From Syntrophorhabdaceae bacterium (GTDB taxonomy: Bacteria > Desulfobacterota > Syntrophorhabdia > Syntrophorhabdales > Syntrophorhabdaceae), in assembly GCA_963665295.1 (NCBI GenBank), contig OY762209.1:3392001-3456000 (forward strand): a stretch of 64,000 nt of DNA, given 5' to 3'. Below, in pieces: positions 27,695-37,549 of the stretch. Position 1 is the stretch's first letter. Each line of letters opens with the position of its first letter. A program made the position numbers and the translations under genes. Under the pieces are notes generated by a model. It did no database searches. It saw nothing but the letters and a program-made list of their open reading frames with translations, and had not been told where the DNA came from.

Positions 27695-29525
27695 AAACAA
27701 GAGCGCCGGGGAGTATTCCCCGGCGCCTCTTCCAGGAGGTTTAATGAGCGCATTTGTTGCGGTGTTCAAGAGGATATGCAGTTGGATGAACGGACTTGCG
27801 GGGGTCGTGCTTTTCTTTATGCTGATGCTCACCGTGGCGGACGTGGTGCTCCGCATGTTCGGCACCGCTATACTCGGGACCTACGAACTGGTTGCCGTCT
27901 CGGGCGCCATAGTCGTCGGGTTCGCCGTGCCCCAGACCACATGGGGAAAAGGGCACGTGGCGGTTGACTTCCTTATCGAGAACCGTTCCCCTGCAGTGAA
28001 GAACACATTCTTCATCGTCACGAGACTCATGGGGATAATCCTTTTTGCCCTTCTCTCCTTCTTCCTTTACCGGAAAGGGATCCACCTGTACAAAACCGGC
28101 GAGGTCTCCCTGACTCTCCACATACCCTATTTCCCTGCTTCATTTGGTCTGGCATTCTGCTTCTTTATCGAATGCTTCGCACTTATAAGCGATATTTTCA
28201 AGATATTCATCGTGGAGAAAGAAAATGGATGAAATAACTGTCGGAATAGTCGGAATAGTTGTCCTGTTGGGATTGTTCCTGACGGGTATCGAACTCGCCT
28301 TTGCCATGGCGATCATCGGGGTTGCGGGCTATGCGATCGTGGTCGGCCCCGGCCCTGCCATGAACATACTGGCAAATGACTTCTACGATGCCCTCGAATC
28401 ATACAGCCTCACCGTGGTGCCCCTCTTTGTCCTTATGGGACAGATCGCATTCAACGCGGGTATCGCGAAGAGACTCTATGACAGTGCCCACAGGTTCCTG
28501 GGTCACATCCCCGGAGGCCTTGCCATGGCCACCGTGGCAGGGGCCACGGTCTTTAAAGCCATATGCGGCTCCCAGGTCGCCACCTGCGCCACCTTCGCAA
28601 GCGTCGCGGTCCCCGAGATGGACCGCTTCAACTACAGCAAGAAACTCTCAACAGGCATCGTGGCCACCGTGGGTACCTTAGGCGTGCTCATCCCCCCGAG
28701 CGTCATCCTCATCATACTCGGGATCATCACCCAGCAGTCCATAGGGAAGCTCTTCATGGCAGGCGTGATCCCCGGTCTCATGCTCGCCTTCTTCTTTCTC
28801 GTGGTCATCTTCGGGTGGGCGCGGATAAACCCCACCATAGGGCCCGCATGCGAACCTTTTTCATGGAAGGAGAGAGTGGCGACCCTGCCCGCCGTCATCT
28901 GGCCCATCGTGATCTTCTGCGTCATGATCGGGGGCCTTATGAAAGGCTTCTTCACCCCTACCGAAGCAGGCAGCGTGGGGACCTTCGCAGTCCTTCTCCT
29001 CTGCCTCGTCAAAAAGGACATCAACTTCCAGGGCCTCAAGCGCTCCATCCTGGAGGCGTTACGGACTTCCTGCATGGTGCTCCTCATCGTGGCATCCTCC
29101 AGCGTGCTCGGTCACTTCGTGGCAGTGACGAACATACCGGACATCGTGGCCCAGTGGGTAGTGACTCTTCCCCTTAACCGCCACATCATCATGAGCATCA
29201 TCTTTATCGTCTACCTCGTAGGAGGGTCGTTCATCGACGACCTCGCGTTCATGATTCTCGCCACACCCATATTCTTCCCCGCCATACTCTCCATGGGGTA
29301 CGACCCCATATGGGCATGCATCATGGTCTCCCTCACCGTCTGCGTGGGCTCCGTGATCCCTCCCGTCGCCATGTGCGTATTCGTGGTGAAGAACATCACG
29401 AAGGTGCCTATGAGTATCATCTACTCGGGCGTCTACCCGTTCCTCATCTCCCTTATCATCTGCATCATACTCTTCTTCATATTCCCGCAGCTGATACTTT
29501 ATCTGCCGGGAGTGTTTATGTCGTA
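27545..29525 (+). repeat. 1981-bp direct repeat, copy 1 (3' end of dctP, dctQ, dctM)
   Basis: Matches 30709..32689 at offset 3164. Translations are identical and no nucleotide differences were seen by eye. Confidence 0.9.
27744..28232 (+). CDS. dctQ: TRAP small permease
   Basis: 162 aa, 4 TM segments, DVVLR and GHVAVD motifs. Confidence 0.92.
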   Translation: MSAFVAVFKRICSWMNGLAGVVLFFMLMLTVADVVLRMFGTAILGTYELVAVSGAIVVGFAVPQTTWGKGHVAVDFLIENRSPAVKNTFFIVTRLMGIILFALLSFFLYRKGIHLYKTGEVSLTLHIPYFPASFGLAFCFFIECFALISDIFKIFIVEKENG

Positions 29526-29526
29526 A
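28225..29526 (+). CDS. dctM: TRAP large permease
   Basis: 433 aa; VPLFVLMG, IPPS, FTPTEAG and PPV motifs. Confidence 0.94.
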   Translation: MDEITVGIVGIVVLLGLFLTGIELAFAMAIIGVAGYAIVVGPGPAMNILANDFYDALESYSLTVVPLFVLMGQIAFNAGIAKRLYDSAHRFLGHIPGGLAMATVAGATVFKAICGSQVATCATFASVAVPEMDRFNYSKKLSTGIVATVGTLGVLIPPSVILIILGIITQQSIGKLFMAGVIPGLMLAFFFLVVIFGWARINPTIGPACEPFSWKERVATLPAVIWPIVIFCVMIGGLMKGFFTPTEAGSVGTFAVLLLCLVKKDINFQGLKRSILEALRTSCMVLLIVASSSVLGHFVAVTNIPDIVAQWVVTLPLNRHIIMSIIFIVYLVGGSFIDDLAFMILATPIFFPAILSMGYDPIWACIMVSLTVCVGSVIPPVAMCVFVVKNITKVPMSIIYSGVYPFLISLIICIILFFIFPQLILYLPGVFMS

Positions 29527-29573
29527 GGGGGTACGGGATTTCTTGAAAAGACTGCTTCAATAGTGAATAGGGC

Positions 29574-29620
29574 AACAGAAAGGGCCCCCGGCGTGTGAAC
29601 GCCGGGGGCCCTTTCTGTTT
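29574..29620. terminator. Rho-independent terminator (21-bp stem)
   Basis: aacagaaagggcccccggcgt-gtga-acgccgggggccctttctgtt followed by further T. Confidence 0.8.
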
Positions 29621-29832
29621 ATATACCGACCTCGGAAGAGGGGTCTATTCTGGGGCGGTAGGACAGGTGGCGGGAAAGACACGTGCTCATAGGGGACAAA
29701 AGTGTGTCGAAGGGGCACATGCGGGGAACGAGTCCGGGGCGGACGGTCCGTTTATTACTCGGTTTATGAAATGGCCCTGAATTTGCTATGCTTTTTTACA
29801 AGCGACAACAAATACATTTTCAAGGGGGTATT

Positions 29833-30858
29833 ATGAGACGTTCCAGCACCATCAGTGTATTCGCAGTCTTCTGTTTCGCGGTAATGGTTATGGCGGCTTC
29901 ATCGGGCTATGCCCAGGAGAAGGCCATTTCCTTAAGGTTCTCCACCTTCTTTCCTCCCACCCACAAGCTCGCGGTAGTCACTGCGGACTGGTGTAAGGAA
30001 GTGGAAAAGAGGACCCACGGTAAGGTGAAAGTCCGCCAGTACGCGGGGGCCACCCTTACCCCTCCGGGCCAGACCTATGACAGTGTGGTCCAGGGCGTGG
30101 TAGACCTGGGTAATATCGTTCTTGGCTACACCATGGGCAAATTTCCCCTCACCGAGGTCCTCGACTATCCCCTGGGATACCCGAACGGCGCTGTATCCAC
30201 CCACCTCGCCAACGCCTACTTCAAGAAGTTCAACCCCAAGGAGTTCGGTGACGTGAAGGTCATGTACTTCCACGGCCAGACCCCGGGCATCCTCCACGCG
30301 AGAAAACCCGTGAACAAACTTGAGGACCTGAAGGGCATGAAGATGAGGACCTTCGGCTCGAACGCCCGGTTCATGTCCCTCCTGGGCGGCACCCCTGTGG
30401 CCATGCCCATGGGTGATGCCTATGACGCCCTTTCAAAGGGTGTAGCCGACGGTCTCCTCTGCCCGTACGAGGCCCTCGAGGGCTGGAAGCTCGGCGAGGT
30501 GATCAAGTTTACCACGGAGAACTACGGCACCGCCTACACGGCCGTATTCGTGGTTGCCATGAACAAGGACAAATGGAACAGCATCTCTCCGGAGAACCAG
30601 AAGATCATCGAGCAGATCAACCAGGAATGGATCGAGAAACAGGCCCAGGTCTGGGAGGCCATCGATGAGTCGGGCAAAGCCTTCTCCCTCAAGAGGGGCA
30701 ACAAAATCATCAAACTCTCCAAGGAAGAAGACGCCCGCTGGGCCGCAAAGGCGCAGCCTCTCTTCGAGGAGTACGTAAAGAACATGAAGGCGAAGAACCT
30801 TCCCGGCGACGAGGTGCTCAAGTTCGCCCGCGAATTCATAAAGAAGAACAGCAAGTAA
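29833..30858 (+). CDS. dctP: TRAP substrate-binding protein, copy 2 (diverged from copy 1)
   Basis: Signal peptide and KGMKMR; RBS aggggg before ATG 29833. Confidence 0.93.
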   Translation: MRRSSTISVFAVFCFAVMVMAASSGYAQEKAISLRFSTFFPPTHKLAVVTADWCKEVEKRTHGKVKVRQYAGATLTPPGQTYDSVVQGVVDLGNIVLGYTMGKFPLTEVLDYPLGYPNGAVSTHLANAYFKKFNPKEFGDVKVMYFHGQTPGILHARKPVNKLEDLKGMKMRTFGSNARFMSLLGGTPVAMPMGDAYDALSKGVADGLLCPYEALEGWKLGEVIKFTTENYGTAYTAVFVVAMNKDKWNSISPENQKIIEQINQEWIEKQAQVWEAIDESGKAFSLKRGNKIIKLSKEEDARWAAKAQPLFEEYVKNMKAKNLPGDEVLKFAREFIKKNSK

Positions 30859-32689
30859 AAACAAGAGCGCCGGGGAGTATTCCCCGGCGCCTCTTCCAGG
30901 AGGTTTAATGAGCGCATTTGTTGCGGTGTTCAAGAGGATATGCAGTTGGATGAACGGACTTGCGGGGGTCGTGCTTTTCTTTATGCTGATGCTCACCGTG
31001 GCGGACGTGGTGCTCCGCATGTTCGGCACCGCTATACTCGGGACCTACGAACTGGTTGCCGTCTCGGGCGCCATAGTCGTCGGGTTCGCCGTGCCCCAGA
31101 CCACATGGGGAAAAGGGCACGTGGCGGTTGACTTCCTTATCGAGAACCGTTCCCCTGCAGTGAAGAACACATTCTTCATCGTCACGAGACTCATGGGGAT
31201 AATCCTTTTTGCCCTTCTCTCCTTCTTCCTTTACCGGAAAGGGATCCACCTGTACAAAACCGGCGAGGTCTCCCTGACTCTCCACATACCCTATTTCCCT
31301 GCTTCATTTGGTCTGGCATTCTGCTTCTTTATCGAATGCTTCGCACTTATAAGCGATATTTTCAAGATATTCATCGTGGAGAAAGAAAATGGATGAAATA
31401 ACTGTCGGAATAGTCGGAATAGTTGTCCTGTTGGGATTGTTCCTGACGGGTATCGAACTCGCCTTTGCCATGGCGATCATCGGGGTTGCGGGCTATGCGA
31501 TCGTGGTCGGCCCCGGCCCTGCCATGAACATACTGGCAAATGACTTCTACGATGCCCTCGAATCATACAGCCTCACCGTGGTGCCCCTCTTTGTCCTTAT
31601 GGGACAGATCGCATTCAACGCGGGTATCGCGAAGAGACTCTATGACAGTGCCCACAGGTTCCTGGGTCACATCCCCGGAGGCCTTGCCATGGCCACCGTG
31701 GCAGGGGCCACGGTCTTTAAAGCCATATGCGGCTCCCAGGTCGCCACCTGCGCCACCTTCGCAAGCGTCGCGGTCCCCGAGATGGACCGCTTCAACTACA
31801 GCAAGAAACTCTCAACAGGCATCGTGGCCACCGTGGGTACCTTAGGCGTGCTCATCCCCCCGAGCGTCATCCTCATCATACTCGGGATCATCACCCAGCA
31901 GTCCATAGGGAAGCTCTTCATGGCAGGCGTGATCCCCGGTCTCATGCTCGCCTTCTTCTTTCTCGTGGTCATCTTCGGGTGGGCGCGGATAAACCCCACC
32001 ATAGGGCCCGCATGCGAACCTTTTTCATGGAAGGAGAGAGTGGCGACCCTGCCCGCCGTCATCTGGCCCATCGTGATCTTCTGCGTCATGATCGGGGGCC
32101 TTATGAAAGGCTTCTTCACCCCTACCGAAGCAGGCAGCGTGGGGACCTTCGCAGTCCTTCTCCTCTGCCTCGTCAAAAAGGACATCAACTTCCAGGGCCT
32201 CAAGCGCTCCATCCTGGAGGCGTTACGGACTTCCTGCATGGTGCTCCTCATCGTGGCATCCTCCAGCGTGCTCGGTCACTTCGTGGCAGTGACGAACATA
32301 CCGGACATCGTGGCCCAGTGGGTAGTGACTCTTCCCCTTAACCGCCACATCATCATGAGCATCATCTTTATCGTCTACCTCGTAGGAGGGTCGTTCATCG
32401 ACGACCTCGCGTTCATGATTCTCGCCACACCCATATTCTTCCCCGCCATACTCTCCATGGGGTACGACCCCATATGGGCATGCATCATGGTCTCCCTCAC
32501 CGTCTGCGTGGGCTCCGTGATCCCTCCCGTCGCCATGTGCGTATTCGTGGTGAAGAACATCACGAAGGTGCCTATGAGTATCATCTACTCGGGCGTCTAC
32601 CCGTTCCTCATCTCCCTTATCATCTGCATCATACTCTTCTTCATATTCCCGCAGCTGATACTTTATCTGCCGGGAGTGTTTATGTCGTA
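30709..32689 (+). repeat. 1981-bp direct repeat, copy 2
   Basis: See copy 1. Identity starts at atcaaactctcc and ends inside the dctM stop codon (TAA versus TAG). Confidence 0.9.
30908..31396 (+). CDS. dctQ: TRAP small permease (identical to 27744..28232)
   Basis: Identical translation. Confidence 0.92.
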   Translation: MSAFVAVFKRICSWMNGLAGVVLFFMLMLTVADVVLRMFGTAILGTYELVAVSGAIVVGFAVPQTTWGKGHVAVDFLIENRSPAVKNTFFIVTRLMGIILFALLSFFLYRKGIHLYKTGEVSLTLHIPYFPASFGLAFCFFIECFALISDIFKIFIVEKENG

Positions 32690-32690
32690 G
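31389..32690 (+). CDS. dctM: TRAP large permease (identical to 28225..29526)
   Basis: Identical translation. Confidence 0.94.
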   Translation: MDEITVGIVGIVVLLGLFLTGIELAFAMAIIGVAGYAIVVGPGPAMNILANDFYDALESYSLTVVPLFVLMGQIAFNAGIAKRLYDSAHRFLGHIPGGLAMATVAGATVFKAICGSQVATCATFASVAVPEMDRFNYSKKLSTGIVATVGTLGVLIPPSVILIILGIITQQSIGKLFMAGVIPGLMLAFFFLVVIFGWARINPTIGPACEPFSWKERVATLPAVIWPIVIFCVMIGGLMKGFFTPTEAGSVGTFAVLLLCLVKKDINFQGLKRSILEALRTSCMVLLIVASSSVLGHFVAVTNIPDIVAQWVVTLPLNRHIIMSIIFIVYLVGGSFIDDLAFMILATPIFFPAILSMGYDPIWACIMVSLTVCVGSVIPPVAMCVFVVKNITKVPMSIIYSGVYPFLISLIICIILFFIFPQLILYLPGVFMS

Positions 32691-32804
32691 GCAGGGGGGA
32701 CTGTCAAGCGTGTTGCTACTGCGCCCGTCGGGCCCTGATCCGCAAAGATATGGAGATCAGGCGCCCGCGGGCGATTGACTTTGGGTGTGGCGGAGGCTAC
32801 CGGA

Positions 32805-34436
32805 TCAGAGAGTCCTGCCCGATCCTTTCCAGTATTTTTCTCTGAGGGCCCGCCTGAGGATCTTACCGTGCGCACTCTTGGGCAATTCTTTGAGGAATTC
32901 GATTGATTGAGGTTTCTTATAGTCTGCGAGCCGGTTTCCGCAGAAATTGATTATATCGGCCTTGGAGATTGTTATCCCTTCTCTCATGACGACGAGGGCT
33001 TTTACGGACTCACCCCACAGGTCGTCGGGCACTCCTATCACCGTCGCCTCGATAATGCCGGGGAATGTGTAAAGGATTTCCTCTATCTCCCTGGGGTATA
33101 TGTTCTTGCCGCCCCGGATAATCATGTCGCCTTTCCGGTTCACGAGATAGAGGTAACCGTCCTTGTCGAACTTGCCGAGATCACCTGTATAGAGCCAGCC
33201 TCCTTTGATCTTGTCCGCCGTCATCCGCGGGAGGTTCCAGTATCCCTTCATGATGGTTTCGGACCTTCCTATGATCTCGCCGACCTTGCCCGGGGCGACG
33301 TCTCTGCCTCTCTCGTCTACGATCCTTATCTCGCAGTCGAGCACGGGCCGTCCCGCCGACGCAAGCCTGGGGGTATGGTCATCCGATCCGTCAGTGATGT
33401 GGTCTTCAGGAGGAAGGACGGTCATGGAGGGACCACTCTCCGTAAGGCCGTAATGTTGCAGGAAACGGACCCCTAAAGGGTGGAAAACCTGGATCGCTGT
33501 CCTGAGTAATTCCAAGGGCATCGGGCCGCCCGCGTAGATAATGAGGCGGAGGCGGGCCAGGTCGAACTTGGAGATATCAAGGCAGCGGATCAAGGCATTT
33601 ATCATGATAGGGATGAACGTCGCGACGGTGACGCATTCCCGTGAAAGGAGGCCGAGAGTGCTTTCCGGGTCAAATTGCTCTCCCCCTATTACCGTCGTAT
33701 TGGGGAAGAGAAAAGATCTTCCAAGGTTGCCTTCGAAAGAGACGTGGTAGAACGGAGTGGTCATGAGTATCCGTTCGTCGTAATAAATCTTCTCCTCCAG
33801 GACCGTGCTGTAGGCGGCGGTGATAATATGCCTGTGGGTTCGCATTGCCCCCATGGGTTGGCCGGTCGGCCCGGATGTGAGGAAGATGCTCATTGTGTCA
33901 TCGTCCTTCACGTTGACCCGGGGTTCGGACGCACTGCCATGAGCAAGAAACTCTTCGTAGTCGAGAAACGGAACCTTTCTTGCCTTTCGAAGCACCGGTT
34001 TCCCGAGGCAGATAAGACAGACCCGTGCCCCTACCCGGTCTCCGACGGAATCGATGAGATCCGTCGAACTCTTTCCAAAGAAGAGAAACCGGGGTGTAGT
34101 GTATTCTATGACGTCAATAAGCTCCTTTTCCTTGAACATGGGGTTAAAAGGGCAAAAGATTGCCCCCGTTTTTGCTGCGGCGAAGTATATCTCAATGAAG
34201 TGGCGGGTATTGGGGAGGAGTACGCCCACGCGGTCGCCCGGCATGAGGCCTTGATGAAGCAAAGAATCCGCCAGGGCGTTGACCCTGTCATTAAGCGCTT
34301 CGTAAGTAACTGAAATGCCATCCTGGCGGATGGCAATATTGGCGGGGAATTTGCGGGCGTTCCTCGTCAGTAAATCTCCTACTATCACTATGCCTCCCCG
34401 GGCCCTTGGGAGCCCGTCATCATCAAAGCAATTCAT
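32805..34436 (-). CDS. AMP-forming acyl-CoA ligase (ANL family) with atypical P-loop; start may be ~34390
   Basis: YGLTE, GWLYTGD, NIYPREIE and LPKSAHGKIL motifs; the A3 motif reads TSGPTGQPMG. Confidence 0.88.
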   Translation of the reverse strand: MNCFDDDGLPRARGGIVIVGDLLTRNARKFPANIAIRQDGISVTYEALNDRVNALADSLLHQGLMPGDRVGVLLPNTRHFIEIYFAAAKTGAIFCPFNPMFKEKELIDVIEYTTPRFLFFGKSSTDLIDSVGDRVGARVCLICLGKPVLRKARKVPFLDYEEFLAHGSASEPRVNVKDDDTMSIFLTSGPTGQPMGAMRTHRHIITAAYSTVLEEKIYYDERILMTTPFYHVSFEGNLGRSFLFPNTTVIGGEQFDPESTLGLLSRECVTVATFIPIMINALIRCLDISKFDLARLRLIIYAGGPMPLELLRTAIQVFHPLGVRFLQHYGLTESGPSMTVLPPEDHITDGSDDHTPRLASAGRPVLDCEIRIVDERGRDVAPGKVGEIIGRSETIMKGYWNLPRMTADKIKGGWLYTGDLGKFDKDGYLYLVNRKGDMIIRGGKNIYPREIEEILYTFPGIIEATVIGVPDDLWGESVKALVVMREGITISKADIINFCGNRLADYKKPQSIEFLKELPKSAHGKILRRALREKYWKGSGRTL

Positions 34437-34645
34437 ATGCCATGTTGCGAATTACGGGGTGTAGGGGAAATACGTCAAGCCTATAGGGTATCAGTGAGTT
34501 TAGCCTTGGCGCTTCGTGCTATAGGAAGGGATACAACCATGTACTGAAAAGAATCAGACGTATCATAATTATACAGTTAAGGACTGAAAGATTACGTGAT
34601 TCCGGACCCCGTGTTCCATGTGCGAAATGACATCCGGCGGTCCGG

Positions 34646-35242
34646 TTATTTGAGGATGCCCGCGAGAACGATGTTTCTGTAAGTCAACGCAAACTGAACG
34701 CCGTCGATATTGTCATAGTTGCCGTACCACTCCAGAAGGCTGCCGTCGTGGATGGCGTTTATGGCATGGGCTGCGAGATCGATGTCGATGTCATCCTTTA
34801 CGACGTCCTCCTTCCTGCCCAGTTCGAGGAGTCTCCTGTAAAAGGCGCGGTGTTTCTCTTTTATGGCCCGGATCTTCTCCTCTATCTTTGTTCCACTGCC
34901 CACCATCTCGGCGGCGATGGTCGTGAAGCCAACGCAGAGATCCTTGTTATTGAGTGCGAATTCGGTAGCATACTTATGGCTGTACTTGATCTTGGAGAGG
35001 AAGCCCCCTTTCGCGCGCAATACCGATTCCATGTGTTGATCCACAAACAGGAGTTCATATCGCTCTACAATGGTTTCAAGGAGTTCGTCTTTGCTTGCGA
35101 AGTGCCAGTAGAACGCCCCCTTGCTCACACCCACGGCATCTGTGATGTCGCTGATGGTGGTGGCGTTAAAGCCTTTGCGAAGAAAGAGTTTTATGCCTTC
35201 GCTTATTATTCCTTCCCGTTTTGGCGCCTTCTCGTTTCTCAT
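34646..35242 (-). CDS. TetR/AcrR family transcriptional regulator
   Basis: LFLRKGFNATTISDITDAVGVSKGAFYWHFASKDEL HTH. Confidence 0.95.
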   Translation of the reverse strand: MRNEKAPKREGIISEGIKLFLRKGFNATTISDITDAVGVSKGAFYWHFASKDELLETIVERYELLFVDQHMESVLRAKGGFLSKIKYSHKYATEFALNNKDLCVGFTTIAAEMVGSGTKIEEKIRAIKEKHRAFYRRLLELGRKEDVVKDDIDIDLAAHAINAIHDGSLLEWYGNYDNIDGVQFALTYRNIVLAGILK

Positions 35243-35261
35243 TTCCCTGTTCTCCCGGGAG

Positions 35262-35320
35262 CTAAACCGACCGGTTAGTTAAGACGGTAAGCTTTTAGCA
35301 CGACCTAAAATGGTTGTCAA
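35262..35320 (-). promoter_or_regulatory. tetR promoter with downstream operator-like site
   Basis: TTGACA (35320-35315), 17 bp, TGn-TAAAAG; site TTAACTAACCGGTCGGTTTAG at 35282-35262. Confidence 0.6.
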
Positions 35321-35575
35321 GAAAAAAAGCGAGACAATTTGCCTGACAGAATGGTGCGATCGGGCGCCGTGAAGTGTTCTCCCTGTTATGTAAGGAAAGG
35401 GAATGGCTGTATCCTATTTATACACCGGTATACATATGGCCCAGGGAGCTGAACAAAAAAAGAACGTTATTTCTGAGTGTTACAGGCCTGCACTCCATGG
35501 TATGCATATTGCAATTCTCCCTACAGGTGACCGAAAGTGTACAGATACAGGATTTCATGTGTGCGACAAAGAGTA

Positions 35576-35622
35576 TTGACAAAGTCAGCACATTTTGGTT
35601 TATTAACTAAACGGTAGGTTAA
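35576..35622 (+). promoter_or_regulatory. Promoter of the etf-hdr operon with overlapping operator-like site
   Basis: TTGACA (35576-81), 17 bp, TGn-TTTATT; site TTAACTAAACGGTAGGTTAA at 35603-35622. Confidence 0.6.
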
Positions 35623-35673
35623 TAAGGCAACGATGTATGGGTTACAGAAAGCCTTTATACGAGGTGTAAATAT

Positions 35674-36768
35674 ATGGTTAGTCAAAGCCAGACCAGGGTA
35701 TTAACCTGCATCCAGTGTGGAAAATGCACAGGGGGCTGCCCTGAATCGGGACGAACTCCTTTCAATGTCCGTATGCTCGTAAGAAAAACACAATTCAAGC
35801 AGGCCATAAACGAATCACTTCCCTGGTATTGTACTTCCTGCGGGGCTTGCACACTCAGATGTCCCCGGGACATAAAGCCTTCCGAAGTGGTTATCGAACT
35901 GCGGTCCGCCTTTGTCGAGGACGGAGAGATACCCGTGTCTATCCAGAAGGCCCTGGAAAACACCTTTGTCCAGAAGAACCCTTGGGGGCGTTCGCGGGCG
36001 AAGAGGGGCGCATGGGCGGATAAGCTCGATTTCGAGGTACCTCACGTCAGCGAGACGAAGTCAAAAAGGCTGCTCTTTACATGCTGCATACAGGCTTATG
36101 ATCCCCGCTGCATGGTCATACCGGCGAATGTGGCGCGGTTGCTCAACCGCGGAGGTTTCGAATTCGGAGTCCTTGGTGAAGAAGAGGCTTGCTGCGGTAA
36201 CGAGATAAGGCGTATCGGCGAGTCGGGTCTTTTTGAAGAACTTCAGGAAGAAAACATTGCAACCTTTCAGGAATATGGGGTAGAGGAGATTATCGCCCTG
36301 TCGCCCCACTGCATGAATACCCTGAAAAAGGAATACGGAGAACTGGGGATAAAGGTATCTCACTATACGGAGATTGTGGCGCGCATGATCCGGGAAGGGT
36401 CCATCGTCCCGAAGGCGCCTTATGAGAAGAAAGTGATATACCATGATCCCTGCTTTCTCGGCAAACAGAACGGTGTCTTTGATGAACCGAGGAGTATCCT
36501 TACGGCAATAGACGGTCTTGACCTCCTTGAGTTTTCAAGGGCGAGGGAAATATCCCTGTGCTGTGAGGGGGGAGGGGGAAGGATGTTTTATGAGGCTGAA
36601 ACAACGTATGAAAGAAACAGCGAGGTAAGGGTGTCGGAGGCGTTGGAAAAAGGGGCGGAAATAATCGCGACGAGTTGCCCCTTCTGTGTGATGACTCTCG
36701 AGGACCCGGCCACCGAGAAAGGATTGCTGGTACGGGAAATATCCGAGATACTTACGGAGGTTTTATAA
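35674..36768 (+). CDS. Soluble Fe-S oxidoreductase with 2x[4Fe-4S] and two CCG domains (HdrD/HdrF/DUF224-like, no TM domain)
   Basis: CIQCGKCTGGCP, CTSCGACTLRCP, EACCG, SPHC, YHDPC, LCCEGGGG and SCPFC motifs. Confidence 0.88.
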   Translation: MVSQSQTRVLTCIQCGKCTGGCPESGRTPFNVRMLVRKTQFKQAINESLPWYCTSCGACTLRCPRDIKPSEVVIELRSAFVEDGEIPVSIQKALENTFVQKNPWGRSRAKRGAWADKLDFEVPHVSETKSKRLLFTCCIQAYDPRCMVIPANVARLLNRGGFEFGVLGEEEACCGNEIRRIGESGLFEELQEENIATFQEYGVEEIIALSPHCMNTLKKEYGELGIKVSHYTEIVARMIREGSIVPKAPYEKKVIYHDPCFLGKQNGVFDEPRSILTAIDGLDLLEFSRAREISLCCEGGGGRMFYEAETTYERNSEVRVSEALEKGAEIIATSCPFCVMTLEDPATEKGLLVREISEILTEVL

Positions 36769-36769
36769 T

Positions 36770-37549
36770 ATGAATCTATTAGTGTTCACGAAAAGAGTAC
36801 CTGCTACCCAGGAAGAGGAAATACGGATTATTGATGACGGCAAGGGAATCGATCTCTCGAAAGTGCCGTTCAAGGTGAACGACTGGGACAATTATTCTGT
36901 TGAAGCGGCTGTCCAGATCGCGGAGAAGACCGGAGGTTCCGTAACGGCCGTCTCCATAGGAGATGCGGAATCCGACGAAGTTCTGAGACGGGCCATCGCC
37001 ATGGGCGCAAAGGACGGGTCCCTCATTGAGGTGGAGAAGGTCCTCCATGATCCGGGCGCAAGGGCGACCCTGGCGCACAACTTCCTGAAGAAGGAAAACA
37101 TACCTTTCGACATGATCTTCACGGGGGTACAGTCCGAAGACGATCAGTTTGCTGCTGTCGGCGGCATTCTTGCCGCGAAACTGGGCCTGCCTTATGTCTC
37201 CATGGTCATTGGTATCGACGCCGTTGAAAAGGACCATGCGATTTTGAGAAGGGAACTCGAAGGAGGGCTTCAGGAACGGGTCAAAGTGACGCTGCCTGCG
37301 ATTCTTTCCATTCAGAGCGGGATTAACGAACCACGCTATGTCTCCATTATGGGCGTGAGGAAAGCGTCCAAGGTGGAGCGAAAGTTCTACAAGGCGAAAG
37401 AGTATGAAGATGGGCTCCAGAGCCTTATTGAAGTCGCGAAATGGGTTTACCCTCCGAAGAAGGGAGGGGCGCAAATGCTGGCGGGCGAACTCGACGTGGT
37501 GTGCAAAGACCTGCTTGGAATTCTGAAAGAAAAGGGGGTATGGCAATGA
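36770..37549 (+). CDS. etfB: Electron transfer flavoprotein beta subunit
   Basis: KRVP, AIAMGA, GVQSEDD, RELEGG and NEPRY motifs. Confidence 0.95.
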   Translation: MNLLVFTKRVPATQEEEIRIIDDGKGIDLSKVPFKVNDWDNYSVEAAVQIAEKTGGSVTAVSIGDAESDEVLRRAIAMGAKDGSLIEVEKVLHDPGARATLAHNFLKKENIPFDMIFTGVQSEDDQFAAVGGILAAKLGLPYVSMVIGIDAVEKDHAILRRELEGGLQERVKVTLPAILSIQSGINEPRYVSIMGVRKASKVERKFYKAKEYEDGLQSLIEVAKWVYPPKKGGAQMLAGELDVVCKDLLGILKEKGVWQ

